Shown here one piece after another: positions 1-11,063 of a DNA stretch of 64,000 nt (position 1 is the stretch's first letter; the number at the start of each line of letters is the position of its first letter). Source of the DNA: Bigelowiella natans CCMP2755 (taxonomy: Eukaryota; Protista; Cercozoa); the NCBI GenBank assembly GCA_000320545.1, contig ADNK01000783.1, positions 1 through 64,000 of the forward strand. The letters run 5' to 3'. Made by a program: the position numbers and the translations under genes. The notes beneath the pieces are model-generated. The model was given only the letters and a program-made list of their open reading frames with translations, did not search any database and was not told where the DNA came from.

Positions 1-1249
1 CATATCCTTGTCCTCTGCCTTTCTTTCTCTTTAACTTCTCGTAGTGTTCGTTGAGCTGCCTGATCGTCATCCTGGGTCGTCCTTCTTTCCTGTCTCTGCA
101 GTCTTTAGCGGTGTGTTTCCCTTTACGTGAGCAGTATCCGCAACGTCGGTTACCTTCCCTGTCCTTGTACCAGTCTCGCTGCGGCTTAATAGCGTTAATG
201 TTTCCTATGCCAGGTACCTTAGGGCTGGTAAACTTGCGGTCCTGCTCCTGCTCGCGTAGGGATATAGCCTGCACTGCTGCCTCCATCGTGGTGTAGCCTT
301 TCTCCGTAACGTAAGTGGATTCCTTTATCTTTAACTTGAACTCTTCAAACCTTGCCTGATCATCACCTGTGTTGTAATTAAAATCATGTAGTTCGTCGAT
401 CATATCCTGGAAGCGCGTGGCAAAGTCTCTAACAGGTTCTCTCTCATGCTGCATCATTGCTCTGTATTTTCTAATAGCCTGGGGTAGGGAGTTAGCATCC
501 TGTTCATTTACAAAAGCCTTCATTATCGCCTCAACGTCTCGTAGCCCACTAACTGTAGTGTGTATTTTCTCTAGCTGCCTGATCCGGGTCCTGCCTGTCT
601 CGTAAAGGTCCATGGCTTGCTTTATTATAGCTAGCCATTTGAGCTTGTCGTTTTCGGTGGGGTTAGGGGTAAAGTCGCAGAGTATACTCCTAGCGTTCTT
701 CCACCACCTCCTTGCCTCACCTCTTTTCCCGTTGTATTTCGTTATCATAACCGGTGCTGTTTTAACAGACATGAACTGGGTGTTCCGCTGTACCGGCTGC
801 TGCTGCTTGACGGTGCTCTGGGTCGTCCCCCGCGAGGCGCCCAGACCCCCGTCGTTCCTAAACAAAGCTGCCCACTCTGGAGGTAAGTCTGCTTCGTAAT
901 CCATGATGTCCTGCATGATAGCTGCCCAAACATCATGTGTCTGATACTTGTATTCTATCGATACTTTCAGTTTGGCGTAGTTGCTCGCCCTGGGTCGCAA
1001 GGCTCGTAATGCCATTACGACCTTCTTGCTTTCGGCGGCCACGTCCTCGTCGTCCGCCTCGTAGAAGTTCTCCAGTGCCTCTGCTGCTGCATCTGCTTTC
1101 TTAATCCCGGGTGCTGGTCCCGGCGGTGCCTGTGGAGGTGTTCCTCCTCCTTCCTTAGCGTCCGTATCGCCCTTCCTTTCCTGTTTCTGCTCGTGCCCTT
1201 GCACGGCCTGCGAGCCAAAGTCCTGCTGTTCTTCTAGCTGCTGTGACAT
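1..1249 (-). CDS. Retrotransposon Gag-like ORF (Ty3/gypsy-like), open at the left window edge
   Basis: Manual translation from ATG 1249 (MSQQLEEQQDFG...) has no stop through position 1, which is why it is absent from the ORF track. It contains the Gag-like segments ITKYNGKRGEARRWW and MQHEREPVRDFATRFQDM, plus a zinc knuckle CGYCSRKGKHTAKDC (CX2CX5HX4C). It lies directly downstream of a PBS and LTR. Confidence 0.75.
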   Translation of the reverse strand, partial: MSQQLEEQQDFGSQAVQGHEQKQERKGDTDAKEGGGTPPQAPPGPAPGIKKADAAAEALENFYEADDEDVAAESKKVVMALRALRPRASNYAKLKVSIEYKYQTHDVWAAIMQDIMDYEADLPPEWAALFRNDGGLGASRGTTQSTVKQQQPVQRNTQFMSVKTAPVMITKYNGKRGEARRWWKNARSILCDFTPNPTENDKLKWLAIIKQAMDLYETGRTRIRQLEKIHTTVSGLRDVEAIMKAFVNEQDANSLPQAIRKYRAMMQHEREPVRDFATRFQDMIDELHDFNYNTGDDQARFEEFKLKIKESTYVTEKGYTTMEAAVQAISLREQEQDRKFTSPKVPGIGNINAIKPQRDWYKDREGNRRCGYCSRKGKHTAKDCRDRKEGRPRMTIRQLNEHYEKLKRKKGRGQGY

Positions 1250-1265
1250 TGTTAGTCAAATCGTT

Positions 1266-1283
1266 TCCCGTGTGTGGAAGCCA
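1266..1283 (-). other. Candidate primer-binding site
   Basis: Minus strand reads TGGCTTCCACACACGGGA, 5 nt after the LTR end and 17 nt before the Gag ATG. The plus strand looks like a tRNA 3' end (TCCCGTGTGTGGAAG-CCA). tRNA identity not determined. Confidence 0.6.
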
Positions 1284-1288
1284 AAGGT

Positions 1289-1614
1289 TGTTGCGCGTAA
1301 GGTGTTCACAGGCCGAGGCGCTACGTGCACAAGTAGGCAGGGGGGGGGAAAGGCACGTTTGCTTCCTTTTGAAGAGTTGTGTTTATTTTTATTAAAGATT
1401 ATATTTTTATTAAATCGTGCACTGCGTAATCATTCGCGAAGCTTTCGCGAATGCCGCCGCACGTGGGGCAGCACACTTCCGGTGTGCTGCCATGAGTCCC
1501 GCCGGAACCCACGTGCCTATGCTGTATTAATATCTACGTTATCTATATTCTATATCCGCGACAACCCCTTTGTTGTCGCACGTGACTTGTGCCCGCGTAG
1601 TGGTACGCGCTACA
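1289..1614 (-). mobile_element. 5' LTR (326 bp) of the retrotransposon
   Basis: Minus-strand termini TGTAGCGCGTA...TACGCGCAACA (TG..CA, 11-bp inverted repeat with 1 mismatch). AATAAA motifs at ~1382-1412, TATA-like tract at ~1525-1555, followed by PBS and Gag. The second LTR is outside the window. Confidence 0.7.
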
Positions 1615-2152
1615 ACTCTTTTTCGACGGCCCCTTCGTTTTCAGCAACGTGACCAAACCGCACCCGACGCTTCAATGACGTGTGTTCGTTCTGTCGTGTC
1701 ACTTCACTTCACAGTGTTTTTTTTTTGTTGTGCTTGCAGCAGTTTTGGAGTGTGCACGATCGATGGATGTTGCACGTTGTCGTCGTCATCTTGTCCATGA
1801 CATGTGCGCAAGACCTGCAGCTTCCTGAGCGTTTTCAAAGAGACACAGTCTCACACACATGATGGAGTCATCTACATGGTTTTGCTGACATGTCAATTTT
1901 CTCTCGAATCAAATTTCATGCAATGTGCGCACTGCGTAGCTGCGCTTCGATCATGCAAAACATCGCCAATCATGAAGCATTGCTTTCGTGCACAACGTTG
2001 AAGGCCATGGCTCTGTGCAAATGGATGATGAGAGCCACATGGGCTCAGGGACTCGGTTCATGTTTGTGGCAGAAAACTGTCCAAACGAAAAATTCATTCA
2101 TTTTTCCACCACTGTTTCACAGGTTAGAGTTGTTGCTGGTGGTGCATTCTCG

Positions 2153-3935
2153 TCAATCTTCTAGGCTTCCTCGCAGTTCTTCATTCTTTGAAATCCAAGG
2201 ACATGATGATGCATCTGAGTTCGTGCATGAAAAGTCGTCTTTGGTTACTTTGCCCTCATCGTGTTTTCTAAACACGGCCAATTGAACAGAGTCAGGATGT
2301 GGCACACCAATGTGGACAAAATTAAGCAAAATCACCTCCAAAACTTGTAGATGTCGGAAGCAAATCTTGATTTCGGTTTGTCCTGCCAAGAGAAAATGAT
2401 GAGCAACACATAACACTCGAATTCCTTTTAGTTACCTGCCGTTGATGTAGAAAGGCCACTGCCACGTTAATGGCTCTCTTCTGCTTCTTCTTCTTCCTCC
2501 TCTTCTTCTTCTTCCTCTTTTTGTCCTTGTCTTTGTCCTTGAGAGGAAGATGACGCACGTGGTGTATCCAAAAGGCCGGGATTAGCAGTGAATCTCCGGG
2601 CTGCAGAAACGTGTGTAACATTTTCACTTGCTTTAACTTTGGATATCTGCTGAAGTGGAGATCTTCATCATGGAATGGTAGAAAATTATAACACCTACAG
2701 ATAAGTAAAACATGAATTTCAATGATAGATCGTCTCTGTCACTCATAGCCTCACCCGAAATCGTCGCAGCCGATGTCGACTAAGCCCGCTCTCCCAGGAC
2801 AGTCGTCAGCCACAAAGTCGATGTACATGTTCGGTGCATACCGGGGTGACGCGAGCCAGAAATGTTTCCTCTCTTTAATGACTACATGTACATTGTCGAA
2901 ATTGTCAAAATGCGTCCGCGCATGACGTCCTCCTTGGCTCGTCCACACCCAATTCTTTTTCCGATAGGCTTTGAGAAAGTCAACAAAGATGCTTTCGCCT
3001 GGGGCGGAGAAGAGGTCTGCTTCAAGCCCCTTTGGGACAGGGTAGAGACCAGCATCACTATGCTTATGAGAAGAGAAAAGCTGGGAAAACGCTAGATAAT
3101 TTCCATTTTTTAAGTAACGCTTAGTCCATTTCTTGATCGCAGGCACCCGTTTAGTGCAGTTTCGGAACACCATAGGGCGACTCCTTAAGATCCCTTGGAT
3201 GACCAACTTAACAGCCTGCAGTTCAGATTCTTGTGATGAGTCGCATCGGTATTCAGGAATTGGTCCATCTTCGAGGTCTATAATGGCAGGGGGGGTTGAG
3301 TTTGCCTTATTTTCGGATAACCCTTCATTCCCTATGTCACCCCAAGGAGGCGGAGAGGAGGAAAAGGAGGCATCCCGATGACGACATCTCCGAGGAATGC
3401 AATCCCCATGAAGCAAATTCATATGTTTCTGCAAAACACATGTACGGTTTCTGCACTGCCTGAATATGTCCTTCCCTTCCAGCAAGCAATCAGCAAACGT
3501 GTCGTTTGGGGCGAAACAATCTAATCCAGATTCTTCTCCATCACCGTCGCATTGAGTCGCATTTAGATATTCCGGTGACGATAGAAGAGCTCTTGTTGTT
3601 GAATCATCCGGGATTATATATCCCCAACTTGCTAAAGCGATGCCCGTGAACACGACCAGGCAAATCAGCGCACCTTTTGAAGCACGCAAACACGTTGTAA
3701 GATGTAAGATACATAGGCCATTGTTCAGGTCGAAAATTTGAAATTTATTGGATAATTTTCTCTAACCCATGAGGTTCAACGAAATTCATTCTTAAAAAAC
3801 CGTATCCGTTTTCGCCACACCTTTCGCTGCACCTGTCGCTGCCCACTCGGAATTTGAGGTCCCTCCCGATTCCACCACAACTTTATTGCGGCTCTCCTCC
3901 TTCCGCCGCTTTCGCAACCTCGGGCCCTCTGCCAT
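2153..3935 (-). CDS. JmjC/cupin-8 2-oxoglutarate Fe(II) dioxygenase with N-terminal TM anchor (about 5 exons)
   Basis: WVWTSQGGRHARTHFDNFDNVHVVIKERKHFWLASP (HxD) joins via intron 2695-2754 to LQPGDSLLIPAFWIHHVRH (distal His). Two further in-phase introns lead to a stop at 2153. Probable exon 1 is MAEGPRLRKRR (ATG 3935), spliced to GALICLVVFTGIALASWGYII. Confidence 0.8.
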
Positions 3936-4392
3936 AATTAGGGTTAGAAAGCTGGGAGCAAGATCCTTAGGGTAGCATACTGGGGCCCTGTCCACAGTTA
4001 GCCCACCCCCCAAGTCCTTACCGAGCTTCTGAATCACTGATCATGTTTGGGGGGAAATTCGCGAATTTGTTGAGATTCAGATGGGTTACGATGTTTTTCC
4101 GGTGTTTTCCTTCCCAGAGTGATATTCGAAATCTCAGAGACCAACCAACGAGCTTCCTCGTTTTTGGGGTAAATTAGAAAAAACGAGAAATTCATTTGTC
4201 GTTTCCAGTAATTTCGCCAATATTTATTGAAGGAAATTCGACGGCGAAACGACGACGACGAGATCTAGACGAGCAAGTGTAACTGAAGCGAGCTACTGCA
4301 CAATATCATCTTGGGTAGGACGGACATTCGGTCGAAGGCGAAACAAAAGGGCGGACACGTAAAGACGTGTGACGTCCACGGGCAAAGGCCTA
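3936..4392. promoter_or_regulatory. Candidate bidirectional promoter between the JmjC and PAE genes
   Basis: Head-to-head ATGs ~457 bp apart; perfect 14-bp palindrome AAATTCGCGAATTT at 4055-4068. Function inferred from position only. Confidence 0.4.
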
Positions 4393-5374
4393 ATGCATGT
4401 GAGAGATGTGGATCCGCCTAGAACTTTTAGAATATCCACACTCTTCCAGATACTTCTATTCGTGGTTGCACCGCGACAATGCATGGGGCAGAGCCAGCTG
4501 TCATTAACAGCGATTGATTCCGACATCGTTGCAGCAGCGAATCCATTATGTTTAGACGGAACTCTTCCAGGCATGTCATAACTTCAAAGTCTTTTACCCA
4601 TGCGCCTGATCCTGGAAAATTGATATTCAATCACATCTCATCATAGGCTATTACTTGTATCGAAACTCCGCTTCGACTTCCTGGGTCATATTTTTCCAGG
4701 GGGGGGGATTTTGCTCTGTAAGTTCAAGCTTATCAATTTATCACGTCTACCACGAATGCGATCCAACACAAGTTTAACCAACAGAGTCTGTCCGAATGCG
4801 CTACCCGGGCAAGCGACACATCAGCAGAGTCGGTGGGATCGAGCACATCGTATCCCGCAACAATGGATGGTGTCGGGGTGTATAGCTCCAATCCCCAGAT
4901 CAACCCTTACTTTTACGACTGGAACAGAGTCTACGTGCCTTATTGCGATGTAATGATGTGCCCCGCTTTTCGTATTCTCGCGCCGAGTTCTCATCAGATA
5001 ATAACTGTAGGCGTACAACTGTTTTATTCTATGATAGGGATTTTTTTTCTCCGGCGATCGAGACTCAAACGAAACAATATCTTCATCGTTGACACTTCAT
5101 TTCCGAGGTAGAGCAAACCTAGGATCTACCATCACGGCGCTGAAAAGGCAGGGGCTGTCGAGCGCAACCGAAGTCTTGTTTTCTGGTGCGAGGTAAAGTC
5201 TCAACAAGATTTCGTTATCGTAGTCAAACCAAGATGATGCCGCTGACATAACGTGTACTTGATAGTGCTGGAGCTGTGGCTATTCTCTATAACTCTGGGT
5301 ATCTCAAGTCTCAAATGCCAGCGTCAGCAACAGTAAAGTTTGCTCCCATATCTGGTGAAGACCCCTCTCCCTCT

Positions 5375-5421
<47 letters not shown>

Positions 5422-5422
5422 G

Positions 5423-5466
<44 letters not shown>

Positions 5467-6913
5467 TATATATATATTATATACAATTATATGATTTGTG
5501 GGTGTGGGAAGACATATGCATATTCTTGCAGCTAACATATTGGCTTTTGTCTGTAGGCTACTTTCATAACGGACCCACTGCCTCCGGGGGAACCTCGCCA
5601 TTGGCGACGAGACTCCAAGCTGGCTACCAGCCTGGAGTCCACAATGCAATTCCAATACCTGGTTCACATCTCATTTCATTTACCATCGGATGGTTCTAAA
5701 GTATCTACTTTTGTTGTGACTTGCCTGTTTAACAAAAAAGGAAATGAGTGCATGAATTCTGGTGCAATGAGCAGCGCGAGTTGCTTGCTGCCTAACAACA
5801 CGTATGCTTACGTTGCAAACCCATTCTTCATTATAAACTCCGCTCTGGATTCCTTCAGCCTTCAATTTTACCAAAGTCGTAAGTCGATACTCTTCCTATA
5901 ATTTCTATCTCATCCTAGCGAATAACACAGGCCAAAACTGTGGAGTCGACCCCTTCGTGAACCCTTCTACGCAGCTTGATAACTGCAACTCAGCGCAAAT
6001 TCTTGAATACAACGTATGGCAGGCGTCCTTCATGGCCGACTTAACAAGCAATCCTTCGTACTCAAGGGTGAATACTCTCGAAACTTCCAGCATTATGATA
6101 TATCCCCGTATTGAATGAACAAAACAAATTGAGGTGGAAAAAATGTTCTAGGCGGGAAATGGCCATTTCATCTACTCCTGCTACGAGCACGCTAACTCCG
6201 AAAATGACGACCAATTTAGAATGCTCACGCTTAACTGTACTGTTCGGTTGAATGAGGTAACTTCTTCGATCGAACTCACACCCATCAATCAATCAATCCT
6301 CATTTCTCTTTGTCCGTCTTTGTATTTAATGTGGGTCCTTCCCGATCAATCTAAATGCAGGCATTGACAAGATGGTACCAATCCTCTACATCGACCCCTG
6401 CGTGCGAGAACACGCTGCTTCCTTGCACTCCGAATGTGTGCGACAAGACCTGCAACCCGACGTGCCGTCTTGATGGTCAGCTAACACCATAAATCTGTAC
6501 GAAGTCGTACTAAACGGTATGATTCTGCGAATAACCATTAGGCACGCAATCTAATGGCCCAGCCGGCTCATGCAGTAGCGTCGGCCAAGGAAGCACATGT
6601 TCTGCTTCTGCCACCACTCAAGCACCAACGCCATGCAACAACGGTGGCAACGGTGGTGGCAGTTCTGACAGCAACGATCCTGACAGTGGTGAAACTGCAG
6701 GTCATATTATCAGCAGAATGAATTTGAGAACAACGTTCATCTTGAGCAAATCGATAACCTTCAACTCCCTAAATAGGTATTGTAGTTGGCGTTCTTGTTG
6801 GATTGACTCTAATAGCTGCTGGTTTGTATTATTTCCGATGCCGTCGGAATAGTCCTGATCAAGAAGTCTCTCTGGTACGAACAAATTTGTTTCTTGAGCT
6901 GGAACTCATGTAG

Positions 6914-6971
<58 letters not shown>

Positions 6972-7103
6972 TTCTCTCTCTCTATTTCTCCCCCCCACAC
7001 TCTTTCGTTCTCAAGTTTTGTCTAGATTTGTGATATGTGTGACAAATATCCCCAGAACGGACCATCAATTCATCAACCCAGAGAGGTTTTTACTACTGAA
7101 TAA
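4393..7103 (+). CDS. Pectin acetylesterase/Notum-family hydrolase with signal peptide and C-terminal TM helix
   Basis: Spliced motifs: CLDGTLPG|YYLYRN..WVIFFQGGGFC, NPYFYDWNRVYVPYCD|GFFFSGD..LHFRG, GAS|AG nucleophile, INSALDSF (Asp), FIYSCYEH (His), CNPTC. Then TM IVVGVLVGLTLIAAGLYYFRCRR; stop 7101-7103. Confidence 0.85.
5378..5475. repeat. Compound (CT)n(TA)n intronic microsatellite, representative of many
   Basis: Similar tracts at ~6917-6985, 11000-11060, 19604-19650, 27930-27961, 28728-28758, 30667-30732, 31780-31832, 33632-33678, 35326-35362, 54735-54790, 56415-56452 and 58185-58262. Confidence 0.95.
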
Positions 7104-7809
7104 CGCACCAATCTGTATTTCATCTAGAACGCTGAATTCATACTAATCCTTAGCAGATGATGGCACTACTGTTCATAAAATTGTTCTCTCTGCATGTATT
7201 CAGATCCGTACTTCAATGTCAATAAAGGTGTGAATGGCGATGACGTGTTCCGAGTCTGCATCTGTTCAGCTGGAAATTGTGTTTTCGCATCATGCAAACG
7301 GCATGTACCTGCGATTTGAATTGTCTTCCCCTCGCAGAACATGTTGCAGACATCTTTCTGTCATGAAAATTGAGCACGGTGGGCAATGACTCTTGCGCTG
7401 CGTGCTAGCATGCATCACACTTGCTAGCTTGTGCGATGCATTGCGCACATGCTGTGGCGCTGTCTTCTGGCATATAGAGATGTAGAAATAAACAATCATT
7501 CATGATGGAACTCCTAGAGATGCACTTGCAATTTTTGAACACCTCATTTTGCATTTGGCTCCATCATGATAAACGTTTTCTTCGTCATCGCCACACTGAC
7601 GTCTAGACGTGTTGACGTTGCGTGCTGCAGCACAGTGCAGCAGGTAGACAGCAGGCGGCTAGCAGAGGGCCGTGAATGATGTGACCAACCACGGTTGTCA
7701 TGCTGGCATGAAGCAGCATCTACTTCATGGCGAGCGGACTCAAATCCGCTGCAAAGGTGTGACACAAAGGAAGAGGAAGATTGCTTTTGTGGCGCAGGTG
7801 ATTGTGATG

Positions 7810-7972
7810 ATCGATCATTGGTGATCTGGTTGGTTGGTGTGCAACATTAGACCCATTTTTTGCGCTGAGAACATCATGATGATGACCTTTTGTTCATTCT
7901 GACAATCGATCGATGATCTGGTTGGTTGATGTGTGATTTTGGACCTGTTTTCACGCTGAGAACATCGTCATT
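7810..7972. repeat. Degenerate direct duplication of a ~65-bp unit
   Basis: Both copies share GATCGAT..TGATCTGGTTGGTTG.TGTG...GACC..TTTT..CGCTGAGAACATC. Confidence 0.65.
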
Positions 7973-9221
7973 CCTCAACCAACTCCGGATGACTGGACCA
8001 ACAAGAACCACCGTGAAGTGTTGAGGGTCACACGAACAAACGACCCGGCTAGCAGAGACGACAGTTGAATGAAAGAATGAACGATTGAATGAAGCAATTT
8101 CAATTCCAATGGTGGAGTTGAAATGATCATGTGCTGAGTCTCCACACCCCCCTCGATCAATGATTTCTTGTCGTTTTGGCGTCAGGACACATTCAGTGCA
8201 TCTCGTGGGTGCGACATGGAACACACAGGACTCACTCCAAATGACTCCAAGGGAACTATTTTCACCGAAAAGTAGTAACGCCGAGGATTTTCCCTTTGAA
8301 CGAAGGAATATACCCCATCGCAAGACACAAATCTCCATCTTTTTCGTCAAACATTTCCCACAATTTCCATGGATTTGGGGACATAGATCTGAATCTTTTT
8401 TGTTCGGAATTGCTTCTTACGGCAGACCGGACAACAGACGTGACCAACCCGTTGTAGCCTCACTGGAATAGTACGGAGGAATGCCGACGCCTTCGGTCGG
8501 AAAAATGGCGGCGGCAAATGTCTCCTGACCCCGGACCATTGCCAAAGTAGGATGCAGACATAGATGTTGTTTGCATGGCAGTCCTACCCCGATGACAAAC
8601 CGCCGCCCCAGAAGATGCAACGGTACGACCAGGAATCGGCTGACACTTATCTTTGTCTGTTAGGTACAGAGGTGATGAGAATGAGCTCTCATCATCCTTG
8701 CCGTTGAGGAGGAGGGGGAGATTCGAGCAATCGTATTTCACCCACCACTCGGCAGCAGCGAGGAGGCAAACTTGCTGGAGGAATTTGGCATTTCTTGCAA
8801 TCGTGGCGATCCTCTTCGGTTAGTCTTCTGATCGTGTACTTATGTATGAAGCTCAATCCCAGGATAGAGTAATGTTAGATAATGACAAAAATAATGTTCT
8901 CATGTTTTGCTGTGTTACTACCAATCTTGGCAGCTTATCCCAGCAGCAATCGACGACATAGAGCTCTCAAACGGATCCCCGGGAAGGATTTTGGTAGTGA
9001 ACGCATGCCCTTTCTCGATTCAAATATACGTGTAACACAAAGCGTGGCAATGAAAACTGATTTAGTCTTTCATCCCCTTCACATCTTAGTTATCAATACA
9101 TTCCGATCCAGAGGAACTAGCCTCCGTGTTCAGGTTTGGTCATTAATAGTAGCGACGACCGGCTGCCTACTCAGTTCTACTGCTAGCATCGTATCATTTG
9201 CGTTTTGTTGGTGTGATTTAG

Positions 9222-10994
9222 AATGCAAGAGCGAACAGTGGCGCTCCACATCACAAGAACGATACTGCGTCATTAACAACATCGCCATCGTCATCGTCCA
9301 ATCCCTCATCCAAAACACAGCACAGACCATCAGCATCATCGTCAGGAGCAACAGCAGCTGTATCGGCACCACAGACGTCTTCACCAGCTGCTTTACGTGA
9401 ACGAGAGCCTAACAATACGCATATTTACGGTAATTGAAGTGAAATCCACGCTTCTTTTCCTGTCGTAAGAGAGGGAAAGAAAGAAGTAGCTGTACAACTT
9501 TTCGGGCACAAATTATATAATCAACAAGTACACATTATTTCATTCACAGTTGCGTATTAATATGCAACAGAGAGCGTGCAGCGGAGCAAGGTCTCCACTG
9601 GGAGTGGTATCACTGACACTCAGGTTCCTTCCCCTCCCCCTCCCCCTCCTCACTCCCATTGGTACAGCGTATTACGTGTGCTACGGTTTCCTTCACGATA
9701 TGTGAGGATTTACGCATGTAGTAGCAAATGGCACATCCAAATAAGGCACTACATCCACAATTTCGTTGTTTTTATATTCTTCTTTGCTGTAGTCTGTGTG
9801 GACAGAATGCGATCGGGCTCTCGACATTTTGTCAAATCGTAGTGAGGTAAGAGGCTGCCAATAACTCAAGGCCCCCCCCCCCCCCCGTTTCTCTCTCTCT
9901 CTCTCTCTCTCTTCCTCCTCTCCCCTTTCTTCCTACTACCACAATAGTTCTCCTTCGGTGTCCTCATTACCTGATGATATCAGGCCTACTGGTTTCTCGA
10001 CGCGAGGCAAGCCAGCTTTCAAACGAGTAAAAGGTGAGAAGGAACAGCCACAACCATTCACATTGCATCCATAGCAGTAAGGAGGAAAAATATCGACACC
10101 GAACTGACGTAGTCGCAGTAATTATGTTTGTAGGATCTAGCATTAAATGTAGCGTGCATGCATGCATGCATCGAGGAGCCGCACGGTTGGCATTATTCCT
10201 GTCACTCTAACAAGAATGTGTTTTCTTCTTTCTTCTTACCTTTCGGATCGCATCCACAACGACATCAGAGATGTGCAGCATCTCCCGACAGATTTCCTAG
10301 CGATTCGCAGCCTACTGCAGAGGTTTGTGTGGTAGGAGCAGCCGATATCTCCATCTCATATTTCTCGTTGCTATAACAGCAGCAGCACTCGTAGTAGTAG
10401 TAGTAGTGGTAGTAGTAGTAGTAGCAGTAGTAGAAGCAGTAGAAATAGTGGTAGTAGGAATAGTAGTAGCTGTTGCTGTAATGGTAGTAGTAGAGCCAGT
10501 TGTGCTGTAGTGCATCATCATCACAAGGTTATCTCTTCTCAATTGTATGTCGTCACATAACAATAATAATAGTAGTAATAATAATCATAATAATAATCAT
10601 AAAAATCATAATAACAGGGGGCACTACCGGAAGATCTCGCAATTTGTCTCTGATGTCCGTTTCGTGCTGTCAAGCGCCCTATCGAAAGGGAAGGAGGGGA
10701 GGAGGGAAACCGTCAATCATCAAGGACCCATCCGAGAGGTAGGAAGGCTTGCCACACTGCGATGATAATGCTGCTGCACATGACAAGTGCGACGAACGAA
10801 ACACGCAGAAGAAGATGTTCATCACAGCGGAATTGCCGCTCCTTGTATATGTGCTGGTGATATAATACTCTCTACTTCGCTCGTCTATTCGCTTAGGCTG
10901 CACGCTCCTTGCTGGCGCTTCTCGAGGGTAGGTGTATCTTGAATATATATGAATAAATACATTTTTATAAAAAATATAATGTTTTAATATAACG

Positions 10995-11063
<69 letters not shown>

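Noticed and set aside
1261-1283. tRNA gene
   Set aside because: Only a 3'-end-like 18-23 nt stretch including CCA, with no D or anticodon arms; better explained as a PBS.
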